This document shows positions 45,374 through 55,231 of a stretch of 64,000 nt of DNA, one piece after another. A program made the translations under genes and the position numbers. The notes under the pieces are model-generated. The model searched no databases. It saw nothing but the letters and a program-made list of their open reading frames with translations, and was not told where the DNA came from. Every line of letters starts with the position of its first letter. Position 1 is the first letter of the stretch. This DNA is from Gaiellaceae bacterium (GTDB lineage Bacteria; Actinomycetota; Thermoleophilia; Gaiellales; Gaiellaceae): the NCBI GenBank assembly GCA_051002595.1, contig JBPCMD010000069.1:13544-77543 (forward strand), in the 5' to 3' direction.

Positions 45374-47137
45374 ATGATAGTCAGAGACGAAAGCTCATTC
45401 AGAGAGGTGCTGACCAATCCGCCGAAGACGCTGGCGGAGTACCTGGCGATCGTGCGGCGTCGCAAGTGGTTCATCATCGCGGTGCCGCTCTTGACCGCCT
45501 TGACGGCGTTCAGTCTCTCGCAGACCCAGACTCCGGTCTACAAGGCTGACGCTCAGATCCTCGTAAGTAGGGCAGGCATCGTAACGGCGATTGCAAATGT
45601 CCAGGATCCGGCCACGTACGACGCTACGCGTTACTTGACCACGCAGAGCACGATCGCACGTTCACCCGAGCTTGCTGCTCGAGTGGTTGCGGCAGCGAAG
45701 GTCCCCGACGTGACGCCTGGCCTCTTGCTCGGCATCTCCGCGGTCGCCGCCCGGACAGACGCGGACCTGCTCGACTTCTCGGTCTCCTATTCAGATCCGA
45801 ACGACGCAGTCCTACTCGTCAACGCGTATGCGCGCCAGTTCGTGCGTTACAAGACGGCGCTCGACACAGCGAAGGTCAACGATGCCTTGAGGGTGATCCG
45901 AGCACAGCTCGCGACCTTACAGGCCCAGGATAGGACGAACTCTCCGGCATACGACACGTTGATCCAATACAAGGGTCAGCTGGAGACGATCGGCAAGCTC
46001 CAAGCGGACAACACGAGCGTCCTCCGTGTCGCCGAGGGGGCGGGCCAGATCAGTCCTCGCCCCAAGCAGAACGTCCTTCTCGGCGCGCTCATCGGCCTCG
46101 TTCTCGGGTTTGGGCTCGCGATTCTGTTGGAAGCGCTTGACCGAAGAGTTCGCAGCGGCGAGGAGGTCGAAGCGATCCTCGGGCTACCTCTCCTTGGACG
46201 AGTCTCTCCCCCTCCGCGCTGGATGGGAAAGAAGGACACGCTAGTCATGCTCTCCGAGCCGATGAGTCCCGGCGCGGAGACGTTCAGGAAGCTCAGGACG
46301 ACGATCGAGTTCGCCAGCAGGGACCGTGGCGCCCGGACGTTCATGTTCACGTCGAGCGTCCAACGCGAAGGAAAGTCGACGACCGTTGCCAACCTTGCTG
46401 TCGCGTTTGCCAGGGCAGGTCGTCGTGTCGCACTCGTCGATCTCGACCTCCGTCGGCCATCGCTGCACTCGTTTTTCGACGTGCGCACGGAGCACGGGAT
46501 CGCGGATGTCATTGTCAACGACGAGAAGGTCGCTCAGGTGCTCCAACAGGTCACGTTGCCGCCTGCAAATCCGTCAGCGGTGGCTGCACTGGGCAACGGC
46601 CGTGCACCTCGCTCACGATGGGCATCTCCGGGACCGGCGTTTGCATCCGCCTCCCTTGGATCGACGGAGCGGCCGGAAGACCTCGATACGTTTCATTTTC
46701 TGGCGTCTGGAAGGGTGCACGCCGACGGGGAGTTCTTCCAGAGCGAGCGCGTTTCCGCAGTCCTCCAAGAACTCGGTGAGGTGTTCGACATCGTGCTCGT
46801 GGATGCTCCTCCATTCCTGGCTGTAGGCGATGCGATGAGCCTTACGGCAAGTGTCGATGCGATCGTCGTCGTCACCCGCCTCGAGACTCAGCATCCGGTC
46901 CTGCGGGAGCTGGCACGCGAGTTGCGCAATTGCGAGGCTCCGGCTCTCGGCTTCATTCTCACCGGCGTCCCTCCGCGTCATGGGCTCGGATACGGGTACG
47001 GATACGGGTACGGGTACAGCATGAATCGGGATCGGCAGGGCCCGATCACGCATGACATGGAAGATGAAATCACGTCGTTCCCCCAGCCCCTGAGCCCAGG
47101 ACAGCCCTGGGGAGATGTCGCTCGCGGGCGTCCGTAG
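45374..47137 (+). CDS. Wzz-like chain-length determinant fused to BY-kinase, with C-terminal Tyr cluster
   Basis: N-terminal LAEYLAIVRRRKWFIIAVPLL (Wzz TM1), a second TM segment, Walker A SSVQREGKST, Walker A' VALVDLDLRRP, Walker B VLVDAPP, and the tail GYGYGYGYGYS. Confidence 0.8.
   Translation: MIVRDESSFREVLTNPPKTLAEYLAIVRRRKWFIIAVPLLTALTAFSLSQTQTPVYKADAQILVSRAGIVTAIANVQDPATYDATRYLTTQSTIARSPELAARVVAAAKVPDVTPGLLLGISAVAARTDADLLDFSVSYSDPNDAVLLVNAYARQFVRYKTALDTAKVNDALRVIRAQLATLQAQDRTNSPAYDTLIQYKGQLETIGKLQADNTSVLRVAEGAGQISPRPKQNVLLGALIGLVLGFGLAILLEALDRRVRSGEEVEAILGLPLLGRVSPPPRWMGKKDTLVMLSEPMSPGAETFRKLRTTIEFASRDRGARTFMFTSSVQREGKSTTVANLAVAFARAGRRVALVDLDLRRPSLHSFFDVRTEHGIADVIVNDEKVAQVLQQVTLPPANPSAVAALGNGRAPRSRWASPGPAFASASLGSTERPEDLDTFHFLASGRVHADGEFFQSERVSAVLQELGEVFDIVLVDAPPFLAVGDAMSLTASVDAIVVVTRLETQHPVLRELARELRNCEAPALGFILTGVPPRHGLGYGYGYGYGYSMNRDRQGPITHDMEDEITSFPQPLSPGQPWGDVARGRP
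46988..47017 (+). repeat. (GGN-TAC)x5 tandem repeat encoding the GYGYGYGYGY phospho-acceptor cluster
   Basis: Read directly: gga tac ggg tac gga tac ggg tac ggg tac. Confidence 0.85.
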
Positions 47138-47190
47138 CGGACACCGGGTCGAGCGCACAGCGTCCGCCGGTTTGCGTACGCTGGACGGAG

Positions 47191-47904
47191 GTGGAAGGAA
47201 GTCACAAAAGCGCATGGGCATGCGGGGCAGGTGATCCGAAACTCGGCGCGATAGCGAGCCTCGTTGCGGCTCGCTTCGGAAAGCATCGACAAATCCTGGT
47301 GGTCGGCTGCGGCGACGGGACCGAGGCCGCGGTTCTCGGAGATCTCTTGGATGCGGACATAACCGGGGTGGACCTTGTCGACCGCTTTCATCCGGATGCG
47401 CGAAACCAAGTCGAGCTCGTCGCCGCGGACGCGAGAGAACTCCCGTTTCCCGATAGCTCCTTCGACGTCGTGTTCTCCTTCCACGCGCTCGAGCACATTT
47501 CACAGCCGAATGTGGCCGTGGTGGAGATGCGACGCGTCCTTCGTGCTACCGGAGGGATCTGGATCGGCACTCCCAACCGAAGTCGACTCGTCGGATACCT
47601 GGGGAGCCGCGATGCCTCGGCTCGTGAAAAGCTCGTGTGGAACGCGAAAGAGGTGTGGACACGGCTTCGTGGTGAGTTCCGTAATGAGCTCGGAGCCCAT
47701 GCCGGATTCACCTCACGTGAGCTGCGGGGGATACTCGAGTCGCAGTTCCGAGTGGTCGAGAACGAGACGTCCGTGTATTACGCGCGTCTCTATCCCCGAT
47801 ATCGGCGGCTTCTGGCAGCTCTGGGACGTCTCCGTGTCGACCGGTTCGTCTATCCCTCCGTCTACTTCGCAGGGAGCGAACCACGAGAAACGTCCACCCG
47901 TTAG
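47191..47904 (+). CDS. Class I SAM-dependent methyltransferase
   Basis: Motif I ILVVGCGDGTEA, and FDVVFSFHALEHI. GTG start. Confidence 0.7.
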   Translation: MEGSHKSAWACGAGDPKLGAIASLVAARFGKHRQILVVGCGDGTEAAVLGDLLDADITGVDLVDRFHPDARNQVELVAADARELPFPDSSFDVVFSFHALEHISQPNVAVVEMRRVLRATGGIWIGTPNRSRLVGYLGSRDASAREKLVWNAKEVWTRLRGEFRNELGAHAGFTSRELRGILESQFRVVENETSVYYARLYPRYRRLLAALGRLRVDRFVYPSVYFAGSEPRETSTR

Positions 47905-49028
47905 GGCTTACGCGTGCTGCCGCTGCGTGCGGGCGCACGGCGCCTTCCATCGGCGACGCGGACGATCGCCTCGAGTACGGTCAGGTACTCCTTCGCGACG
48001 CGATCTGCATCGAACTCGTGCACCTTCGCTCGGTTCGCGGTGCCGAGCCGCTGACCCAGATCGTGATCGGTGAGGATGCGGGTAAGGCCGACGGCGAGTG
48101 CGCGGGGCTGGTGCGGTGGAACGAAGAGAGCGTGCGTTCCCTCGACGAGATGGTCCGCCGCCCCGCGCGAAGGAGTGGTAACGATCGGCAGCCCGGTTTC
48201 CATCGCTTCCAGAATCACGGTTGGGAAGCCTTCGTTGTGGGTTGTCGGAAGAGCGAACACGTCCGCGCTCCGGTAGAGGGCTGCGAGCTCGGCACCCTCG
48301 ACATATCCCGGGAAGTCGACCCAGTCTGCAACGCCGAGGTCCGTGGCGAGCGTGCGAAGCCGTGCCTGCTCCGGGCCCTCTCCTGCGAGTACGAGACGGC
48401 ACGAAACCGTCTGTCGAACGAGCGGGAGCGCACGGACAAGATCCAACACGCCCTTGCTGGGCATGAGCCGTGCGACGCACAGAATCGTCTTCCTTCCACC
48501 GACGGAATGGCGCTTCGCGACGATGTCCCCGGACAAGAGCGGTCGAGGGTTTCGGACGACCGAGACGTGCGAGCGAGGGCTGAACGCCTGCCACTCCGCG
48601 CGTTCCTCGCCGGACAGAACCAGAACTCCGTCCGCGCGTGCGAGAAGCAACGAGGTCATTCGTTTGAACGCACGCGATCCCGGCGCCAGGAGCCGCGCGG
48701 ACTGGCTGCCGTGGAACTGAAGCACGACAACGCGGTCGCGCGGAAATAGATGTATGAGAGCCAAGTCACGAGTAAGCGTCAGCCAGTCGTGCGCCGTCTT
48801 CACGACGACGACGGGATACCCGCCCTTGACGACCGTTCGCCGCGCCAGCACGACATCGCGTACCCGTCCCAAGAGTTTCGCCGGTAGCCGCTCACCTTCG
48901 ACCTTTCTTCCCCACGGAAGTAGCTCGACGTCGCAGCCGAGATCTCGAAGGGCTTCGGCGAGGATAGGGGTGTGCTTCGGCAGCGGGCCCCGCACCGATG
49001 GGCGCGGCGCCAGCATTGCGACTCGCAT
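47901..49028 (-). CDS. Family 4 (GT-B) glycosyltransferase
   Basis: ORF 47901..49049. E-x7-E NEGFPTVILEAMETGLP. The ATG at 49028 shares one base with the upstream AsnB stop (TGATG). ATG 49049 is an alternative. Confidence 0.75.
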   Translation of the reverse strand: MRVAMLAPRPSVRGPLPKHTPILAEALRDLGCDVELLPWGRKVEGERLPAKLLGRVRDVVLARRTVVKGGYPVVVVKTAHDWLTLTRDLALIHLFPRDRVVVLQFHGSQSARLLAPGSRAFKRMTSLLLARADGVLVLSGEERAEWQAFSPRSHVSVVRNPRPLLSGDIVAKRHSVGGRKTILCVARLMPSKGVLDLVRALPLVRQTVSCRLVLAGEGPEQARLRTLATDLGVADWVDFPGYVEGAELAALYRSADVFALPTTHNEGFPTVILEAMETGLPIVTTPSRGAADHLVEGTHALFVPPHQPRALAVGLTRILTDHDLGQRLGTANRAKVHEFDADRVAKEYLTVLEAIVRVADGRRRAPARSGSTRKP

Positions 49029-50923
49029 CAATCGAGTACCTCGCGACACCAGAGCTCGAACATCAGGAGCGACCAGATCAGGGAACCGGCGTTGCGCCGT
49101 CCAGAGGCGTGGCTCGAGAGAAGCTCTCCCACCCGACCGAGGTCGAAGAACCCGCGACGAGCGGTCGCGCGATCGAGGAGGATCTCTCGGGCGTACCAGT
49201 TCAGATCGTCTCGGAACCAGCGAGTCAGCGGCACCGTGAAGCCATGCTTCCGCTGGCGGAGAATGGGCGCCGGAATAAGGTCGCGCACCGAGTCGCGGAG
49301 GAGGCCCTTCAGCCGCCAGCGTGGAAACCGTGTCCGAACGGGAAGTGCAAGGACGTGCTCTGCCAAGACATGGTCGAGCAGAGGGACTCGGACCTCCAGC
49401 GACCGGGCCATGCTCATCCGGTCGACCTTCACCAACATGTCAGAGGGCAGCGAGACGTCGAGGTTCACACGAAGGAATCGTTCGAGCGGGTCACCATCGT
49501 TCGGGCTCATCGCAAGGCTGGCGTCGATCGCTCGGAAGGGGTCGTGTATGCCGATTTTCGCTCTGAGATCTCCGGTTAGCAATGGCAGCACGAGGCTGGG
49601 ATCAGTGAGCGCTACCTTGCTTCGATACGCGTCGACGGGGCTGGCAAGGCTGTCCGTGCCGCGCTTGAGGGTGCGCTCCACACGGTCCGCCAAGGCGATC
49701 CACGGGAGGCGCGGCACGTTCTCGGAGACACCGGCGAGCGCGCGCCTGATCGGCACGGGTAGGCGCTCGAGCATCCGGGCGACCTCCAGGCCGCGAAACG
49801 TCGTATATCCGACGAAGAGCTCGTCCCCTCCATCGCCCGAGAGAGCAACCTTCACCGACTTTGCCGCAAGAGCGGATACGTGGTACGTCGGAAGCGCTGA
49901 CGAGTCCGCGAATGGCTCGCCGAAGTGTGCGACGAGTTTGGGAAGCACTTCGACGCTCCCCGGCTCGACGACGAGCTCGTGGTGATTCGTTCCGAATCGA
50001 GAGGCCACGAGCCGCGCTTTGTCGAGCTCGTCGTGCTCTGCGTCGGGGAATCCGATTGAGAACGTCCGAACGGCCTCCGTGGAAGCCTCTGCCATCAACG
50101 CGACGATCACGCTCGAGTCGATCCCTCCGCTCAGGAAGGCGCCGACTGGAACGTCACTCACGAGATGACAGCGAACGGCGTCTCGCAGTGCATTGAGCAG
50201 CGTGCCCCGAACCTCGTCGGGGTCAGCTCCGTCGAGCGGCTGAGCGGACGGCGGCTGCCAGTACGTCTCGAGCGAGGGTACCGAGCCGGCCTTCCAGCGG
50301 AGGTGAGTGGCAGGAGCAAGCTTGCGGACGGTCTCGAGAATGGAGAGCGGGGCCGGCACGTATCCGAGCGCGAAGTACTCGGCTGCCGCCTGACCGTTGA
50401 GCTCGCGCGGAACGAGATCGGACGCGAGAACGCAGGAAAGCTCCGAGCCGAACACGATGCCAGTCGCGTCGTGGGCCCAATAGAGCGGCTTCATCCCGAA
50501 GCGGTCGACTGCAGCGAAGAGCTCCTCGCGTCGGCCGTCCCAGATTGCGAACGCGAACATTCCGCGCAGTCGCTGCAGGAGACCGGCGCCGAACTCCTCG
50601 TATGCGTGCACGAGAACCTCGGTGTCCGTTCGTGTCGTGAACCTGTGACCCCTCGCACGCAAGTCCTCGCTTAGCTCACGGTAGTTGTAGATCTCGCCGT
50701 TGTAGGTGACTGTGACCGTCCCGTCCTCGTTCGAGATGGGCTGGTGTCCGCCCGGCAGATCGATGATGCTCAATCGACGAGCAGCAAGGCCGACTGCGCC
50801 GTCCAGAAACACGCCCTCGTCGTCAGGACCGCGATGTTCGATTGCCGCGCACATGCTTCGGAGCATCGTCTCCGAGACGCCGCGCGACCGGTCGGTAAGG
50901 ACGACGCCGCAGATCCCGCACAT
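49028..50923 (-). CDS. Asparagine synthase-family glutamine amidotransferase (copy 2)
   Basis: Internal ATG MCGICGVV of ORF 49028..50989. PP-loop FLSGGIDSSVI. Confidence 0.85.
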   Translation of the reverse strand: MCGICGVVLTDRSRGVSETMLRSMCAAIEHRGPDDEGVFLDGAVGLAARRLSIIDLPGGHQPISNEDGTVTVTYNGEIYNYRELSEDLRARGHRFTTRTDTEVLVHAYEEFGAGLLQRLRGMFAFAIWDGRREELFAAVDRFGMKPLYWAHDATGIVFGSELSCVLASDLVPRELNGQAAAEYFALGYVPAPLSILETVRKLAPATHLRWKAGSVPSLETYWQPPSAQPLDGADPDEVRGTLLNALRDAVRCHLVSDVPVGAFLSGGIDSSVIVALMAEASTEAVRTFSIGFPDAEHDELDKARLVASRFGTNHHELVVEPGSVEVLPKLVAHFGEPFADSSALPTYHVSALAAKSVKVALSGDGGDELFVGYTTFRGLEVARMLERLPVPIRRALAGVSENVPRLPWIALADRVERTLKRGTDSLASPVDAYRSKVALTDPSLVLPLLTGDLRAKIGIHDPFRAIDASLAMSPNDGDPLERFLRVNLDVSLPSDMLVKVDRMSMARSLEVRVPLLDHVLAEHVLALPVRTRFPRWRLKGLLRDSVRDLIPAPILRQRKHGFTVPLTRWFRDDLNWYAREILLDRATARRGFFDLGRVGELLSSHASGRRNAGSLIWSLLMFELWCREVLD

Positions 50924-51013
50924 CGTTTCAGTATGGCGACCGGTCAGTCCGGTTCCGACGTTGAGCCCGAAAGCGATCCTCGTAAGCACTCGCTGCGTTT
51001 GCCCGACGCCGGA

Positions 51014-52219
51014 TCATCGATGCGTCCGCGCCAGGGTCAAGGCGCGCTCGTATCCGGCCAGCAGCTGCTCCTCGGAGCGTGACCACGAGATCTCGTCCTC
51101 GAAGCGACGGCGGCCGCTCTTTCCCATCTCCTCACGGAGCGAGGGGGAGTCGAGCAGCTCGTCGATTCTCCGGGCGAAGTCGTCGATGTCGTTCGGAGCG
51201 GCGTAGAGGGCTGCACCTCCCGCCGACACGCGAGCTTCGGTGAGATCGAACGAGACGATCGGTCGGGAGAGAGCCATGTATTCGATGATCTTGTTCATGG
51301 TGGAGACGTCGTTCAACGGGTTCAGAGGATCTGGCGCGAGACAGACGTCCGCGGTAGACAGGATCCGGATCACGTCCTCGTCCGGGATGCGGCCCGTGAA
51401 CTCGACACTCTCGGCGAGACCCAGCTCGGCGGCAAGTGTCCTCATCTGCTCGAAGACGTCGCCCGAGCCGATAAAGATCGCATGCCAGTCGGTCCGCGTT
51501 TGGCGGAGAATGGCGAGCGCTCGGAGAGCATTGTCCACTCCATCCTGGGGTCCCATCACACCGAGGTATGCGAGCAAGTGTCGCTGCCCTCGCCGCAGAA
51601 TGTCGTCTGCGGGTACGGAGCTGAAGCGCTTTGCATCAGGCGCGCTTCGCACGACGAAGACGTCCTCCGGCTGCTTGTGTCCGCGTTCCAGAGCGACACG
51701 CCGGTACGACTCGTTCGTGCTCAGAACGACGTGCGCGAGCCGGAACGCGAGACGTTCGGCCACGAGGGTTGCCCGGTAGAGCGCCCCCCGTCGCCCGAAG
51801 CGCGAGACGAAGAGCTCGGGGACGAGGTCGTGATGGTCGAAGATGACGGCGGTCCCGCGCCGACGGAGTGACCAAGCGGTGAGGATGAGTGCGTCCGGTG
51901 GATTGCAGACCTGCACCACGTCGAAGGCGATCGAGCGGCTGCGTTTGCGAATGAGAGAAGCCGTGCGCGACAGCGCCGCCGCGTACTCTCGAGCATACGA
52001 GAGGGCGCCGCCGCCTGCGGCGTCGAGCGGGTATCGATGGATGTCGACCCCGTCGAGGACGATATGAGGTTCTGTGTCCCGGCCTCGACCTTGGGGGCAG
52101 ATGACCGTCACCTCGTACCCAGCCTCCGTTAGCGATCGAGCCTCTTGCCATACGCGCCGGTCGAACGGGACAGGGAGGTTCTCGACAAGGATGAGCGCTT
52201 TACCAGGCAACGCCGACAT
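51014..52219 (-). CDS. Family 4 (GT-B) glycosyltransferase
   Basis: Internal ATG MSALPGKALILVENLPVPFDRRVWQEA of ORF 51014..52348. C-terminal NKIIEYMALSRP. It overlaps the upstream gene by 20 nt. Confidence 0.7.
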   Translation of the reverse strand: MSALPGKALILVENLPVPFDRRVWQEARSLTEAGYEVTVICPQGRGRDTEPHIVLDGVDIHRYPLDAAGGGALSYAREYAAALSRTASLIRKRSRSIAFDVVQVCNPPDALILTAWSLRRRGTAVIFDHHDLVPELFVSRFGRRGALYRATLVAERLAFRLAHVVLSTNESYRRVALERGHKQPEDVFVVRSAPDAKRFSSVPADDILRRGQRHLLAYLGVMGPQDGVDNALRALAILRQTRTDWHAIFIGSGDVFEQMRTLAAELGLAESVEFTGRIPDEDVIRILSTADVCLAPDPLNPLNDVSTMNKIIEYMALSRPIVSFDLTEARVSAGGAALYAAPNDIDDFARRIDELLDSPSLREEMGKSGRRRFEDEISWSRSEEQLLAGYERALTLARTHR

Positions 52220-53516
52220 AACGCTCCTCGCGGCGTCGTTCCGCAGCATCTGGGAGGCGCACAAGGTCGACGACGTGTCTGTCGCCGGCGGATGCGATCG
52301 CAGCGACTGCTTCCGGAGAGTCGGCGGCCACGATGCAGACCTCCGCATGGTCGAGCACTTCGCCGAGGTCGTCCACGAGCAGCTCCGTCAGATGTGGCAG
52401 GTGCTCCAGCATGTACTCCCGGTTCGCGCCCACCAGCTTCGCGACGGACACAGCGGGATCGTGGATTCTCAACTCGTATCCCTTGCCGAGGAGCACTTCG
52501 GCAAGGGCGACCAACGGGCTCTCTCGCAGGTCGTCGACTCCGGGCTTGAACGCGAGTCCGAACAGTCCCACACGGCGTCGTCCCAGCGAGAGAACCGCAT
52601 CAACCGTTCGCTCGAGGTGACGCGTGTTCGACGGAAGAACGCTCTCGAGGAGAGGCACATCGACATCCGCATGTCGAGCCGCGTGCACCAGTGCACGAAG
52701 ATCCTTGGGTAGGCAAGAGCCGCCGAACGCAAATCCTGGACGCAGATATGCCTCGGAGATGTTGAGCTTCCGATCGGCAAGGAACGGCGCCATTACCTCG
52801 TGCGAGTCGATCTCGAACGCTCGACAGAGCGCCCCGATCTCATTGGCGAAAGCGACCTTCGTCGCATGGAACGCGTTGTCGACGTACTTCGCCATCTCGG
52901 CCACACGCAAGGGAACCCGGAAGATCGGCGCCGAGAGGCCTTGATACAGCGCTGCTGCCGCCTTTCCGCTCCGCTCGTCGAGCTCGCCGATCACCGTCTT
53001 CGGCGGATCGTCGAAGTCCGCGATCGCGGTTCCCTCGCGGAGGAATTCAGGGTTCACCGCGATGCCGAAATCGATCCCGCCCTTCAGACCCGATGCCCTC
53101 TCGAGGAGAGGTAGCACGACTCGCTCGGTCGTTCCGGGTAGCACCGTCGATCGGACGACGACAGTGTGCCGGCTGGCGCATGACGGCAGTGCTTCCCCAA
53201 GTGTTCGCGCCACTCGCTCGACGGCGTCGAGCCCCAGGCTGCCGTTGCTCCCCGACGGCGTTCCCACGCAGATGATGGAGATCTCGCTCGCGGTGATCGC
53301 TGCGACCGCGTCGGTCGTCGCCGAGAGCCTTCCGGCGGCGGTTTCGGTGGACGTCAGCGCGGCCAGTCCGGGCTCGAGCACCGGCGGTGCTCCCGCCTCG
53401 AGCAGCTGAACTTTCGCCGGATTCGTGTCCACCCCGACGACCTCGTGGCCACGACGGGCTAGACACGCCGCCGAGACGCTGCCCACGTAGCCCAGCCCAA
53501 AGACTGCGATCTTCAT
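52200..53516 (-). CDS. NDP-sugar 6-dehydrogenase (GDP-mannose 6-dehydrogenase/AlgD-like; UDP-glucose 6-dehydrogenase family)
   Basis: MKIAVFGLGYVGSVSAACLARRGHEVVGVD...PVLEPGL resembles the AlgD N-terminus. The catalytic motif is GGSCLPKDLRAL. Confidence 0.8.
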   Translation of the reverse strand: MKIAVFGLGYVGSVSAACLARRGHEVVGVDTNPAKVQLLEAGAPPVLEPGLAALTSTETAAGRLSATTDAVAAITASEISIICVGTPSGSNGSLGLDAVERVARTLGEALPSCASRHTVVVRSTVLPGTTERVVLPLLERASGLKGGIDFGIAVNPEFLREGTAIADFDDPPKTVIGELDERSGKAAAALYQGLSAPIFRVPLRVAEMAKYVDNAFHATKVAFANEIGALCRAFEIDSHEVMAPFLADRKLNISEAYLRPGFAFGGSCLPKDLRALVHAARHADVDVPLLESVLPSNTRHLERTVDAVLSLGRRRVGLFGLAFKPGVDDLRESPLVALAEVLLGKGYELRIHDPAVSVAKLVGANREYMLEHLPHLTELLVDDLGEVLDHAEVCIVAADSPEAVAAIASAGDRHVVDLVRLPDAAERRREERYVGVAW

Positions 53517-53589
53517 CGCAGCCTCGGCTGAGCACGGCGGTCGCCGGGAACAGCGATGGGCGTCACCAGCTTCGAGCTCTGAGCGCCAA

Positions 53590-55050
53590 CTAGCCGAGCC
53601 TCCGCGACGCTCGTTCCGAGTAGGTCAGAGGGCCGGCGGTTCCCTGCGATGCCAACGCGAAGCGCAACGCGACCGCGAGCGCGCCGAGTGGGATGACCCA
53701 CGTGTCCCCAGCGAGGCCGGCCGCGCCGACGGAGTAGACGGTGAGGAGGGTCAGTGCTCCGACGAACATCGGATGAAGCCATGGTGTCGGTGCAGGGAGT
53801 TGGGAGGAGCGCCAGAGCAGAGCAAGGATCAGCGCCAGGGCGGTGAGGAGCGCAGGCCATCCTCCGAAGAGAAGCAGCGTGGCGACGCCCGAGTGAGCGA
53901 GGTAGTTCTTGTCGATCTGCTCGGCATCGAGACGAGCGACGTCGAGAACTCCGAGGCCCAACGGATGCGACCGCGCGGCCTCGAGTCCGGCCTCGACTGC
54001 CTCCTGGCGATATTCAGCGTTGGCCTCCGCTTCCTCGGCCTGATCAGTGAGAGGAATCGCTCGTTGCACGACTGCATGCCCGAGCTCAGGATTCACCGCG
54101 ATCAAGCCAACCCCGACCGTGACGATCGCAAGTCCAAGCTGGATGACCGTCCCGACCCGCGAGCTCCTGCCGACGACACGCGGTCGGAGCATGAGAACGA
54201 CCAGAGCTCCCAAGGCGAGGGCGAGGATGCCACCCCGTACCAGAGTGAGCAGGGTGGCGGTGGTGCCGATCGTCGCGAGGAAGATCCACTGCCTGCGGCG
54301 TTCGCCCCCGTGAGCCATGCCGCTGATTCCAGCGAGCGCGAGAAGGGGGTAGACGACGAACGCGCCGGCAAATCCGAAGTTGCGCAGCACCTCCTGCCCA
54401 TCGCCCGTCGGGACGCGTCCGAGGCCAGGGTCGTCGAAAGGCAGGTCGAGCACGCGGGCGACGAACATCCACGTTGCAAGGCCGAGCGCGACGTAGGCCA
54501 GATTCCGCCAGAGCAGGGATGTCCTCAGCGCTCGTTCGCGCAGTATTCGCGTGTAACCGAAGTAGAGCAGGGGCCAATAGACGAGCGCAACTTCCCCTCG
54601 GACGACCGAGACCAGCTCGACTCCAGCATTCATGCCTCTGAGCGCGGCAATGACCATCACGAACGCCCACGCGGCAAAGAGCACGGTCGGCAGGCCGGTG
54701 AGCGCACGACTCGGCGGCACGCGGTCTCGTGGTAAAGCGCCTCGAAACGCGATCAAGGCGACCAAGACGTCGCTGACATAGACCGCTGCCCCCGACTGGA
54801 ACACGGGCGCGCTGGCGGCGGTGGAGATGGCGAAGACGAGTATCGACGCGGCAATAAAGAGCTGTGGTGTGAGCGCGGATGCAAGCGATAGCGCAATCAC
54901 TAGATACAACAACGTGAGCAGCAGCGGGTCAGGCGAGACGACGGCGTACGCCGAAGTGGTCACCGCCAGAGCGCCAACTGCAATCGCAAGCAGCGCCTGA
55001 CCGAGAGCCCCCGAGGCCGAAAAGGTCAACGAACGATTTGGTTCGAGCAT
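53590..55050 (-). CDS. Wzy-like polymerase / O-antigen-ligase-family membrane protein
   Basis: ORF 53590..55149 has about 10-12 TM segments and a large periplasmic-type loop. The start is moved to ATG 55050 because the upstream 33 codons have low GC3. Confidence 0.6.
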   Translation of the reverse strand: MLEPNRSLTFSASGALGQALLAIAVGALAVTTSAYAVVSPDPLLLTLLYLVIALSLASALTPQLFIAASILVFAISTAASAPVFQSGAAVYVSDVLVALIAFRGALPRDRVPPSRALTGLPTVLFAAWAFVMVIAALRGMNAGVELVSVVRGEVALVYWPLLYFGYTRILRERALRTSLLWRNLAYVALGLATWMFVARVLDLPFDDPGLGRVPTGDGQEVLRNFGFAGAFVVYPLLALAGISGMAHGGERRRQWIFLATIGTTATLLTLVRGGILALALGALVVLMLRPRVVGRSSRVGTVIQLGLAIVTVGVGLIAVNPELGHAVVQRAIPLTDQAEEAEANAEYRQEAVEAGLEAARSHPLGLGVLDVARLDAEQIDKNYLAHSGVATLLLFGGWPALLTALALILALLWRSSQLPAPTPWLHPMFVGALTLLTVYSVGAAGLAGDTWVIPLGALAVALRFALASQGTAGPLTYSERASRRLG

Positions 55051-55231
55051 CGTTCCAAGCGTAGCCAGCTGAGAGGAATATTCATGAAGTCCAGCTGATC
55101 GCTTGGGAGCTCGGCCCCCGCGGCGCTTCGAAGTCTGTTCTTGAGGCACACTGTACTTTTCGGGCGGAGTCGTCTTATCTCTGTAGTGGGAGATAGTGGC
55201 TGGGGATCATTTTTCCGAGGATGAGGACTGC

